A DNA stretch of 51,643 nt from Candidatus Acidiferrales bacterium. Lineage in GTDB: Bacteria; Acidobacteriota; Terriglobia; Acidiferrales; UBA7541. Under the pieces are notes generated by a model. The model saw nothing but the letters and a program-made list of their open reading frames with translations, did not search any database and had not been told where the DNA came from. Every line of letters begins with the position of its first letter. Within the stretch, counting starts at the first letter, position 1. The position numbers and the translations under genes are program-made. Shown here in pieces: positions 35,799 through 43,894 of this stretch. The stretch is taken from positions 1-51,643 of the forward strand of contig DASYNR010000339.1 in NCBI GenBank assembly GCA_036008485.1. Reading direction: 5' to 3'.

Positions 35799-37580
35799 AT
35801 GAGCCGCATGACTTTGCCTATCCACGAGATTTACAATCAGCAAATTGCAGAAGCGGCGCGACGGCAACGGGATTCCTGGGCCGAATCGCTAACGCAATCG
35901 CAGGAATCCCTTCAAAAAGATCCTCAGTCCGCGGACGCATACATTGAAGTAGCACGGTGCTACGAGAAATTGCGCCGACACAGTGAAGTGCGCGCGATTC
36001 TCGATCAAGGTTTTTCTCACGTACCTGCCGAACGTTCCTATCGGCTGCATCTATGGCATATCCATTGGCTGGACGAATGCAATCGCACGCGCGAAGCAAT
36101 TGCCGCCGCACGGCAAGCGAGCAAACTATTTCCTGAAAAATTTGCGCTGAAAATGATCGAGGCGCTTACCTTACCGGTCATCTATGATTCGACGGAAGAA
36201 ATCGGCGAATACCGCGAGAGATTCACGCACGGCCTGCACAGATTGAGTCTGGAGCTTTCTCTGAAAACTCCCGCGGCACGGGAAGACGCTTGCGCTGCAA
36301 TTGCACGGCACTCCAACTTTCGTTTGGGATATCAAGCGCAGAATGACCGCGATTTACAAGCGGAATACGGGCGACTGCACCATCAGATCATGGCGGCGAA
36401 TTATCCTGAATGGGCGAAGCCAATTTCCATGCCGGAAATTATTCCCAGCGAAAAGTTGCGCGTAGGCTACGTGTCTTCGCGCTTTCGCAATTTGAGCGCG
36501 GCGAAGTATTTTTCAGGCTGGATCCGTGAGCACAACAGAGACGACTTCTTCGTCTACACATATCACATCGGAGCTAAAACGGATTCGATCACCGAGGAAA
36601 TCCGCAAATCCAGTGACATTTTTCGGCATATTCCAAATTCTCTCGAAGAAATGTGCCGGGCCACACTCGACGACAAGCTTCATATCGTCGTATTTCTAGA
36701 TGCCTGCCTCGATCCGACCACCACGCAACTCGCTTCACTGCGTCTGGCTCCTGTCCAATGCGCTGCGTGGGATCAACCAATCACTACGGGACTGCCAACC
36801 ATCGATTATTTTATCTCCAGCGCCGTCGCCGAGCCTGATTACGCTCGAGAACATTACTCTGAGGAGCTAGTGCCTTTGCCAGGCATCGGCGTGAATTATC
36901 TGAAGCCGGTAATTCCCACCGCTCTCCTGACTAAGACTCGCCGCGATTTTCAACTTCGAGATGACGCAGTCCTTTATCTATGCATTCAATATGCGTATAA
37001 ATATCTGCCGGACCAAGATCATCTTCTCGTGCAAATTGCCAAACAGGTTCCGAACGCACAGTTTGTTTTTCTAACGGAAAATGATTTCATCGCGGCGGAT
37101 CTTCAGCGAAGACTGGACCGAGCATTTTCAGCAGCGAAACTAGACGCCCATGACTATTGCGTGATTCTGCCTGCTCTCGAACGCTTCAGCTACTGGAACC
37201 TCAGCCTTCTGGGCGACGTGTTCCTTGATGCGATCGGATGGTCGGGCGGTGTTTCAACGTTTGAAGCGATCGCGTGCCGAATTCCAATCGTGACGTTGCC
37301 GGGGGAATTTATGCGCGGACGGCAATCCTACGCGATACTCACGGAACTCGGCGTAACGGACACCGTCGCGAATAACAAAGCGGAGTACGTCCAGATCGCA
37401 GTTCGGCTCGGCACGGACCGTCTGTGGCGCGACGACATCGTCCAGCGCATGGCCAATAACTATTCCTCAGTTTATTCGGACACGCGATGTGTCCCAGCGC
37501 TTGAAGATTTTTTCAAGCGCACTGTAGAACTGCGCTTAGAGACGCAGCGGAATTCCGCGGTTAGCCGCGCCCGTAAATAA
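35799..37580 (+). CDS. TPR-repeat protein with a C-terminal GT41 (O-GlcNAc-transferase/SPINDLY-like) glycosyltransferase domain
   Basis: N-terminal TPR-like helices. LRVGYVSSRFRNLSAAKYFSGWIREHNRDDFFVYTYH and the C-terminal DAIGWSGGVSTFEAIACRIPIVTLPGEFMRGRQSYAIL are typical of bacterial 'SPINDLY family' OGT-like proteins. Start uncertain (TTG 35748, ATG 35799 or ATG 35808). Confidence 0.72.
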   Translation: MSRMTLPIHEIYNQQIAEAARRQRDSWAESLTQSQESLQKDPQSADAYIEVARCYEKLRRHSEVRAILDQGFSHVPAERSYRLHLWHIHWLDECNRTREAIAAARQASKLFPEKFALKMIEALTLPVIYDSTEEIGEYRERFTHGLHRLSLELSLKTPAAREDACAAIARHSNFRLGYQAQNDRDLQAEYGRLHHQIMAANYPEWAKPISMPEIIPSEKLRVGYVSSRFRNLSAAKYFSGWIREHNRDDFFVYTYHIGAKTDSITEEIRKSSDIFRHIPNSLEEMCRATLDDKLHIVVFLDACLDPTTTQLASLRLAPVQCAAWDQPITTGLPTIDYFISSAVAEPDYAREHYSEELVPLPGIGVNYLKPVIPTALLTKTRRDFQLRDDAVLYLCIQYAYKYLPDQDHLLVQIAKQVPNAQFVFLTENDFIAADLQRRLDRAFSAAKLDAHDYCVILPALERFSYWNLSLLGDVFLDAIGWSGGVSTFEAIACRIPIVTLPGEFMRGRQSYAILTELGVTDTVANNKAEYVQIAVRLGTDRLWRDDIVQRMANNYSSVYSDTRCVPALEDFFKRTVELRLETQRNSAVSRARK

Positions 37581-39255
37581 GACCGTCGAGAACCAGATAT
37601 CCTATTGAAGCGGCCAGCATGCAGCGCGCCGCTTCCGCTGGAGTTTCCACGATTGGCTCACCCGCACGATTTAAGGAAGTGTTCAGCAGAAGGGGCACTC
37701 CTGTCTGCTTCGCAAAAGCAGAAACGAGCTCATACAATTCAGGATTATCCGCTTTTCGCAGCACTTGATATCGTGATGTGCCGTCGACGTGCGTGATTGC
37801 CGGAACGATACCGCGCTTTTCTTTCCGTACAGAAGAGACAAATGACATGAAATAACTGGGATGAAGTTCCTCAAAATATTCCAGCACGGCTTCTTCCAGC
37901 ACGACGGGTGCAAACGGGCGGAACATTTCGCGATTCTTCACCACCCGGTTTAGATGGTCGCGCATCTCGGGGCGGCGCGGGTCCGCCAAAAAACTTCGAT
38001 GGCCCAACGCGCGAGGTCCTAGTTCCGCGCCTCCTTGATACCATCCGATCACGGCGCCGTTCGCAATTTTATTAGCCAACCATTCAGGCGGCGTCACATC
38101 CAGTGTAATTTGGGTTAGTCCAAAACTCTTAATTTCCTCGGGATCGTGCCGATACCGTCTACCTAGGAACACGGGACACGATTCGCGACGTAATTCTCCC
38201 TTTACCGCAGCGCCGTAAAGCGCGCAGCCCACTGCGATGCCATCATCGCCCGGAGCAGGCGGAACGAAAACTTCCTCAAACCCCGCGCTACGCGCGACGT
38301 GGGAATTCGCGACACAATTCAATGCAACTCCCCCAGCCACGCAAAGATTACGGGATCCTGATGCCGCGCGTAGCCAGCGCGCATATGTCAACATGGCTTC
38401 TTCGGCCTGGAATTGCATGCTGGCGGAAAAATTAGAAGGTATCGAATCCAAATAATTCAGATCGGGTGCGGCCTTTTTCCAAGCTTTCATTCGCTGTTTC
38501 AGCAGTTCCCACTGGGGTCCGTGAATGCCTTGATAGGCCCGCATGTCAGCAGTGCCGCGCTTTTCCATAAAAAGAGGCGCGCCCGCAGGATTGCCATATG
38601 GCGCAAGCCCCATGGTTTTGCCGGCGTCCAGCAAATTTCCAAATAGGATTGAAGTGATCGCTCCATACCTTGCGCCGATGCCGTCATCGTCTCCGACGAT
38701 TTTCCGCGGAACTTTCCAATGCTGGCCGTCGCAATGGTAAAAGGATTCTAGTTCCCGTGATTTACCTGCGAGTCCTTCCAATGGTTGGACAATTGTCTCG
38801 CCGAGCCGAACCGCTTCTACCTCGGGCCCTGCGCATTCCCGTGCGAGGTCATCCAGAAGGCCGCCTGATCCATCAGCAATCAAGACAGCTGCTTCGGAAA
38901 AGGGAGAGAGATAAAACGCAGCGCAAGCGTGCGCGAAATGGTGGGGCAAAACTAAGAAAGGAATTCCCGAAAAAGTTTGCGCACCTTCGAGTACAAGCTG
39001 AATGGTGAGCACTTTCGGAGAAACATGACCGACTTGATTCCATACAACTAGATTCACGTCGCTGAGTTTGATTCCATTTTCGTCAAGACAGTATCGGATC
39101 GGAAGGTCCAACTCAAGTCTCTTGGAGCCGAATTTCCTGCCATCGTGCTTGTGCCGGGTCAGGCGTTCCTTCGCGACAGCAGTCCTAAGTTGACCATCCA
39201 CCACGAGTGCCGCCGAAGCGTCGTGATCCGTGAACCCCAGGCCAAGGACGATCAT
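37561..39255 (-). CDS. Carbamoyltransferase, NodU/CmcH family
   Basis: MIVLGLGFTDHDASAALVVDGQL (ASKHA-like N-terminus of Carbam_trans_N), LPHHFAHACAAFYLSPF, and the C-terminal ...RPFAPVVLEE ... LLLNTSLNRAGEPIV (Carbam_trans_C). Confidence 0.85.
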   Translation of the reverse strand: MIVLGLGFTDHDASAALVVDGQLRTAVAKERLTRHKHDGRKFGSKRLELDLPIRYCLDENGIKLSDVNLVVWNQVGHVSPKVLTIQLVLEGAQTFSGIPFLVLPHHFAHACAAFYLSPFSEAAVLIADGSGGLLDDLARECAGPEVEAVRLGETIVQPLEGLAGKSRELESFYHCDGQHWKVPRKIVGDDDGIGARYGAITSILFGNLLDAGKTMGLAPYGNPAGAPLFMEKRGTADMRAYQGIHGPQWELLKQRMKAWKKAAPDLNYLDSIPSNFSASMQFQAEEAMLTYARWLRAASGSRNLCVAGGVALNCVANSHVARSAGFEEVFVPPAPGDDGIAVGCALYGAAVKGELRRESCPVFLGRRYRHDPEEIKSFGLTQITLDVTPPEWLANKIANGAVIGWYQGGAELGPRALGHRSFLADPRRPEMRDHLNRVVKNREMFRPFAPVVLEEAVLEYFEELHPSYFMSFVSSVRKEKRGIVPAITHVDGTSRYQVLRKADNPELYELVSAFAKQTGVPLLLNTSLNRAGEPIVETPAEAARCMLAASIGYLVLDGLIYGRG

Positions 39256-39331
39256 AGGCAGCGATTATATATGGGCAACGAAAACGCTGTGCGACAGAGA
39301 ATTCGGCCGTTTCTGTAGACGCTTAGGATGT

Positions 39332-39961
39332 TTATTGCTGGGAAACGAAAAAACTTATAATCGTGAACCTCTGACCGGAAGTTACCGGCAACACTTCGTG
39401 CACAATGTCAGGGCGGAAGCCGACCAACATTCCCTTCTCCGCTTCCAGGGAAAATGCGCAGTCTTCCCACTTGGGGCCGGCCATTAGTCCGTAGAAATTT
39501 AGCGCGCCGCCTCCATAACAATTCGGCTCAGGCTCCTTCGAGCAGGCATTTAGGAAAATCACCACCGATACCCGGCGCGCCGCGATATCCGGATGATCGG
39601 TTGCGTCCAGGTGCGGCTTGAAAAACGCGCCTTCTCCATAACTCAAGAAAGTTGGCAGCTCACAATCGCCAAGGGAAATCCTAAAGTGTTCTTCGATGGC
39701 CGGTTTTAGCGCATAAAGCTTTTCTTTTACCATTAACTTGGTGGACTTCTCGACGCGAACACTCAAAGACTTCCGGGTGCCTTCGTCCAGCACTCCGTCG
39801 CCCACGCTACCCCGGTAGATGAGCGCTTTTTTCGATTCGCCAACACACATCTCGGCGCAGATTTGGTCGCATGTGGCAGCATCGAAAAAGTCCGGGCGGA
39901 TGAATAAACCGAGGTTGCGAAAAAAACTAGGGGCAGGCATAACATTATTGACGGCTCGCAC
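39332..39961 (-). CDS. 2OG-Fe(II) oxygenase, prolyl 4-hydroxylase-like
   Basis: Facial triad KPHLD ... IVHEV, and 2OG-binding Arg in SGQRFTIISFF. Start is GTG at 39961 or ATG at 39940. Confidence 0.75.
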   Translation of the reverse strand: MRAVNNVMPAPSFFRNLGLFIRPDFFDAATCDQICAEMCVGESKKALIYRGSVGDGVLDEGTRKSLSVRVEKSTKLMVKEKLYALKPAIEEHFRISLGDCELPTFLSYGEGAFFKPHLDATDHPDIAARRVSVVIFLNACSKEPEPNCYGGGALNFYGLMAGPKWEDCAFSLEAEKGMLVGFRPDIVHEVLPVTSGQRFTIISFFVSQQ

Positions 39962-40167
39962 ATCCCGCCTGGGGAATCCCTCTCTTTTCAGACAAGGGCC
40001 GTGCGCTCCATTTTAGTATTTATTAGTGGGTGCGTCCGGTGTGGCACGCGTCAGTCTTTTTGCCGATGCGATTGGTGGAGGCGTTCGTGATTTCCGCCAA
40101 ATTTCCATAAACTTGCACTTCGGGCTTACTGTATGGTTTTCTTGTCGACTTGTTGTTTGCCGCGTTC

Positions 40168-42027
40168 TTAACCGAGTCCATCAGAGTTAGCCTCCCTGGG
40201 CAGATTATACACAGTTCGATGCGAGTACCGCAACCAATGATTCAACAATCGCGCCAATAAGATACCGCCCGATTCCCATTCGTCACCGCCGGCAACCGTT
40301 GTGAGCCGCGCGGTATCGACGTAATGGGAGAATCCCGAGGCAGGCTCCAACGGCGCCAGCGCAGTGTCTTTTGCCTGGTCGATTGTCAGTGTGTGGGGTG
40401 TTCCCGTCTTGCGGCGGCGCAAAACCGCTTCCGGCAGAATGCCCTTCATGGCACGGCGCAACAAATATTTGTTGCGGCACCAGGGGATGGAAGGAACTAC
40501 CATAAAGAAGCGCAACACCCGCAAATCCATGAAAGGGTACCGGACTTCCACCGCGGAACCCGTGCATTCAGCGTCCTGTGAGCGGAACAATTCCTGAAAT
40601 TCGCCGGGGATGAAGAGCAGTGCGTGATTGAGTGGACGGACCGGATGGGTGAGAGGCGGCGGACTGTAATACTTCTCCCATCTCTCTCGCAGCCCGAAGC
40701 GCGTCTCAAGATCCCTATTAATCCATTCAGGAAAGGTCGGGCCTGACGAGCCTTTTGATCGGCCATTCTTGAACGAGCGTGAAATTCTTCCCCAAAACGG
40801 AATGCGTCTGTGCCAGGCGAGGTATTGGCATGAGTTCAGAAAAAGGCGCGCGAATCGCCGACGCCGCACAAGGTACGCAATGTACGGCTTCCACTCGATA
40901 TAAAGGGCGTTATCGGGGCCTTCGCCTTGTAAGAACACCCGGCTACGTGATCCCACCGTCCGCCAATATTTCCTACGAATCGCCAGCGAGTTTACATTGG
41001 CTTCCGGCTGGGCAGAGCGGAAAGGGGTGTGTTCCCAATCCCGGCTGCCCCATTCTGATTCCCAATCATGATACTCGATCGGAATCTGAAGCTGACGGGC
41101 GACCATGCGGGCGTAATGCTTTTCATCGGGATTATATCGAGAGTCGTGCGTGAATGCGCGCAGCTCAATTGGCGGTGCGTGTTTCTGCGACAAATCGCGC
41201 GCGACAGCCGCAATCGTGGGCGAATCCAAGCCGCCGCTCATCAGGATCCCGACGCGTCGCGTGCGAAGCCTGTCTCCAACAGCCTGGCGCATCAACTCCA
41301 TGAGGCGATCCGTGTAATCGGAGGCGCGCCTATAAAACACAGGCTCCTCAATCGGGGTCGTCCAATAGCGGCCCGTTCGCAATGTACCGCTGGACCACGA
41401 TGCTTTGTTCGCCGGCGGCAAGCGTTGGATGTCGGCGAAACTTGTTGTCGACTGATCTAAATTCGTTTCAAACAGCAGATGATCGGCAATGGCCAGATCG
41501 TTCAGGCGATCGGAAACCGAGGGATGCTGCCGAATGCAGTCGATTGAATTGCTGAAGATGACTTGCGAACCAATGTGTGCGAAGTAGAAACACTTGACGC
41601 CCATCTGATCGCGCGCACAAAAAAGTTGCTTGCGCGGCCCGTCCCAAATTCCGAACGTAAAATCACCAATAAGATGATTGAGGCAGTCTTCTCCCCACAC
41701 CTGATAAGAGCGCAAAATAAGTTCGACGTCGGGTGAACGGGACGGAATCTGCTGACCGTTAGCTTGCAACTCCGCGATTAGTTCCCGCTGCCCATCTATG
41801 CGCGCATCGGCGACAATCCAAACGCCGTCGCCGAGAGTAAAAGGCTGAGTCTCGCGTTCCGATTCTTCCGTCGCCCTTAGAAGCGTGTGGCCGAGTCCGA
41901 CATTCCCATCGAGCCAAATTTGTTTCGCATCCGGCCCACGGAAAGATTGAAAATCAGTCAAACGTTGCAGGAGTTGGCCGTCAACCGGAGCACCGTCAAG
42001 TTGTAAAATGCCGACGATCCCACTCAT
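40168..42027 (-). CDS. Asparagine-synthetase-homologous protein, lasso-cyclase-like (C protein); lacks the N-terminal catalytic Cys
   Basis: The N-terminal Ntn-like domain begins MSGIVG, with Ser where AsnB has Cys2. PP-loop GILMSGGLDSPTIAAV. It shares 1 nt with the stop of the upstream PqqD/B1 gene. Confidence 0.75.
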   Translation of the reverse strand: MSGIVGILQLDGAPVDGQLLQRLTDFQSFRGPDAKQIWLDGNVGLGHTLLRATEESERETQPFTLGDGVWIVADARIDGQRELIAELQANGQQIPSRSPDVELILRSYQVWGEDCLNHLIGDFTFGIWDGPRKQLFCARDQMGVKCFYFAHIGSQVIFSNSIDCIRQHPSVSDRLNDLAIADHLLFETNLDQSTTSFADIQRLPPANKASWSSGTLRTGRYWTTPIEEPVFYRRASDYTDRLMELMRQAVGDRLRTRRVGILMSGGLDSPTIAAVARDLSQKHAPPIELRAFTHDSRYNPDEKHYARMVARQLQIPIEYHDWESEWGSRDWEHTPFRSAQPEANVNSLAIRRKYWRTVGSRSRVFLQGEGPDNALYIEWKPYIAYLVRRRRFARLFLNSCQYLAWHRRIPFWGRISRSFKNGRSKGSSGPTFPEWINRDLETRFGLRERWEKYYSPPPLTHPVRPLNHALLFIPGEFQELFRSQDAECTGSAVEVRYPFMDLRVLRFFMVVPSIPWCRNKYLLRRAMKGILPEAVLRRRKTGTPHTLTIDQAKDTALAPLEPASGFSHYVDTARLTTVAGGDEWESGGILLARLLNHWLRYSHRTVYNLPREANSDGLG

Positions 42028-42344
42028 CAGGGTTTCGCTTGAGAATCTAGGGCAGAAGATGAGTCAGTAGAAGTGTTTATTAACGCGAACTCATTTAATT
42101 TCGCAAGGAACGTTTCCAAATCTTTGCGGAGCTCTTCGGCGGAAACATCGAATTCCGAGAGCAACGATTCATATGCGGCTTGGATAGACTCAGCGCCGGT
42201 TAGAGCGAGCCACATTCGAGTTCCTATGGCATTCAGCCCCAAATACAAAGACGTTTTGATGTTCAGGAGTACGGCCTCGTCACCAACCGTTTGGAAAACA
42301 ACGTCGGGACTGCTGGTAACGCGCATCGAAAATGAAGATGTCAT
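42027..42344 (-). CDS. PqqD-family protein (lasso B1 / RiPP recognition element type)
   Basis: 105 aa. VVFQTVGDEAVLLNIKTSLYLGLNAIGTRMWLAL ... AEELRKDLETFLAKLNEFALI matches the PqqD (PF05402) pattern. Positioned between the B2-like and C-like genes. Confidence 0.8.
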   Translation of the reverse strand: MTSSFSMRVTSSPDVVFQTVGDEAVLLNIKTSLYLGLNAIGTRMWLALTGAESIQAAYESLLSEFDVSAEELRKDLETFLAKLNEFALINTSTDSSSALDSQAKP

Positions 42345-42347
42345 CGC

Positions 42348-42770
42348 TTAGTGTCCTTCCTCGAAGACAGTGAGTGCAGTATAGCGTTCAACTTCCGTAC
42401 CGCCAATGAGTACCTGGTCGCCGAGGACCAGCCAGGCGTGCGCCTCGAATAATTTTTTGTCGTTTTTTGCAACACCAATCTTAACTTTTGGAGTGTAACC
42501 GGCGCGCAACAGCAAGGCCTGAGCCGCCATCGCTTGAGTCAGACAAGTTGCGCGCGGTACGTACCGGCTCGTTGCGCGCACTGCCCAAATAAATTGCTCA
42601 ACGGAATACTTTGTCTGTTTCGTTTTCCGCGCTTTAAACGTGAATCGCTGCACCACGCGAAATGGTAATACCCAAAGTCCCAGTCGAATCGCCGCTACGA
42701 GAATAACCGTGCGCAGTAGAAGGAATTTTTCCGCGGTGGGCAACCTTAGAAACTTAGCGAGCTTTTTCAT
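42348..42770 (-). CDS. Lasso-peptide B2-like transglutaminase-fold cysteine protease
   Basis: 140 aa. N-terminal hydrophobic helix, then Cys in PRATCLTQAMAAQ, His in FEAHAWLV, Asp in LGDQVLIGG, which is the Cys-His-Asp arrangement characteristic of B2 leader peptidases. ATGA overlap with the upstream kinase gene. Confidence 0.8.
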   Translation of the reverse strand: MKKLAKFLRLPTAEKFLLLRTVILVAAIRLGLWVLPFRVVQRFTFKARKTKQTKYSVEQFIWAVRATSRYVPRATCLTQAMAAQALLLRAGYTPKVKIGVAKNDKKLFEAHAWLVLGDQVLIGGTEVERYTALTVFEEGH

Positions 42771-43837
42771 GGACGCGACCGGCCGGCGATTTCGCGGAGA
42801 TCCTTAATAATTGCCTGACGTACAGAAGGCAACGCCTCGAGCGATCTTGGATGAAGGAGCCACTTCACAGGTACAGTGTTCACAATCCGCGCGGTTTCCT
42901 TAATTTGACGGCCCGCGCGGTCGCAATCCAGAATCACGTAGTTAAACGTGTTGCGTGATACTTCCAAAAAAGCCTGCCGAGAAGCAAGCGGTTCAAAATC
43001 GACTTCCTGCGAATCTGGCAGGGCTTGTGGCGGAGACAACGCATAGATCGCGCTCAGTGTTATCGGTGATTCCCAAACTTTCTCGCGATCTAACGGCAAT
43101 ACCAATTTCGAGGTTGCGGAATTCATGGGAACTCCGCCATCCACTCCGCCGAGATATTTTCGGGCCATATCGGGGAGCAGTTTGATGCGCGGCGGACCCG
43201 GATAGGCAAGAAATCCTTCAGGGCGCTGCTGCAATAAAAGCAGGTCATCGGTCAGCAGCCGGTCTCCGGCGCTTATGAAATAAGCGGCGAGGCTGGATTT
43301 TCCAAATCCACTATCGCCGAGGAATGCCACGGCCTGACCTTCCACGACAATACACGTGGCGTGCAGAGGTTCAAATCCGCACTTTACCAGCGCGAATGAG
43401 AGCGCCTGTCCCAGCAGATATACTTGAAAAGATTCATGGTGGGACTCGCGCGCCGGGCAGCATGTGATTCGCCGGCCATCGCCGGACACGAGAAATTCGC
43501 CAACGTCTTTCCACCGCACATAACTAACGCCGCTTTGCAAAAGAGCGTACTGATACGTGGAATAGCGTGACCATTGCAAAGGAACGCCCGCGATTGCCTG
43601 CGCAAAATAATCACGATCACGCAACTGAAGTTCGATTTCGGCGAGGCCCGCACCAGGATAATCCGGCAGAGCTAATCGGATGTGGCTTCGCAAAGTTACG
43701 CCGTAAACGCCGTAAGTATGGACGAATTCCCGCGATTGCACAGGGAGACCTGTTTCAGCGCTAGCGCCGTGGCTGAACAATCGAGTTTCGTCCGCTTTGG
43801 GCACGTGCACGTCTTCCCCGAGAAGATGGTGAATCAA
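42767..43837 (-). CDS. HPr-kinase-related (HPrK-like) P-loop kinase
   Basis: P-loop FLGDSGFGKSSLAAYF followed by LLTDD, as in the HPrK C-terminal domain and HprK-related kinases of peptide-modification clusters. TTG start inferred, so the N-terminus is uncertain. Confidence 0.72.
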   Translation of the reverse strand: MIHHLLGEDVHVPKADETRLFSHGASAETGLPVQSREFVHTYGVYGVTLRSHIRLALPDYPGAGLAEIELQLRDRDYFAQAIAGVPLQWSRYSTYQYALLQSGVSYVRWKDVGEFLVSGDGRRITCCPARESHHESFQVYLLGQALSFALVKCGFEPLHATCIVVEGQAVAFLGDSGFGKSSLAAYFISAGDRLLTDDLLLLQQRPEGFLAYPGPPRIKLLPDMARKYLGGVDGGVPMNSATSKLVLPLDREKVWESPITLSAIYALSPPQALPDSQEVDFEPLASRQAFLEVSRNTFNYVILDCDRAGRQIKETARIVNTVPVKWLLHPRSLEALPSVRQAIIKDLREIAGRSRP

Positions 43838-43894
43838 GCGCGTTGCTGAATAAACTGGGGATTTAAGGCCTAATTTTCCCGGAAAGTTCGTGAA

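Noticed and set aside
35228-35809. 193-aa minus-strand ORF
   Set aside because: It is antisense to the JmjC gene, which has strong cupin_8 motifs.
40168-42027. Asn-synthetase homologue as an exosortase-associated amidotransferase for EPS
   Set aside because: It lacks the N-terminal Cys nucleophile (MSG instead of MCG). It is also translationally coupled to PqqD and B2-like genes, which fits a lasso-cyclase-type role better. The alternative is not fully excluded without phylogeny.
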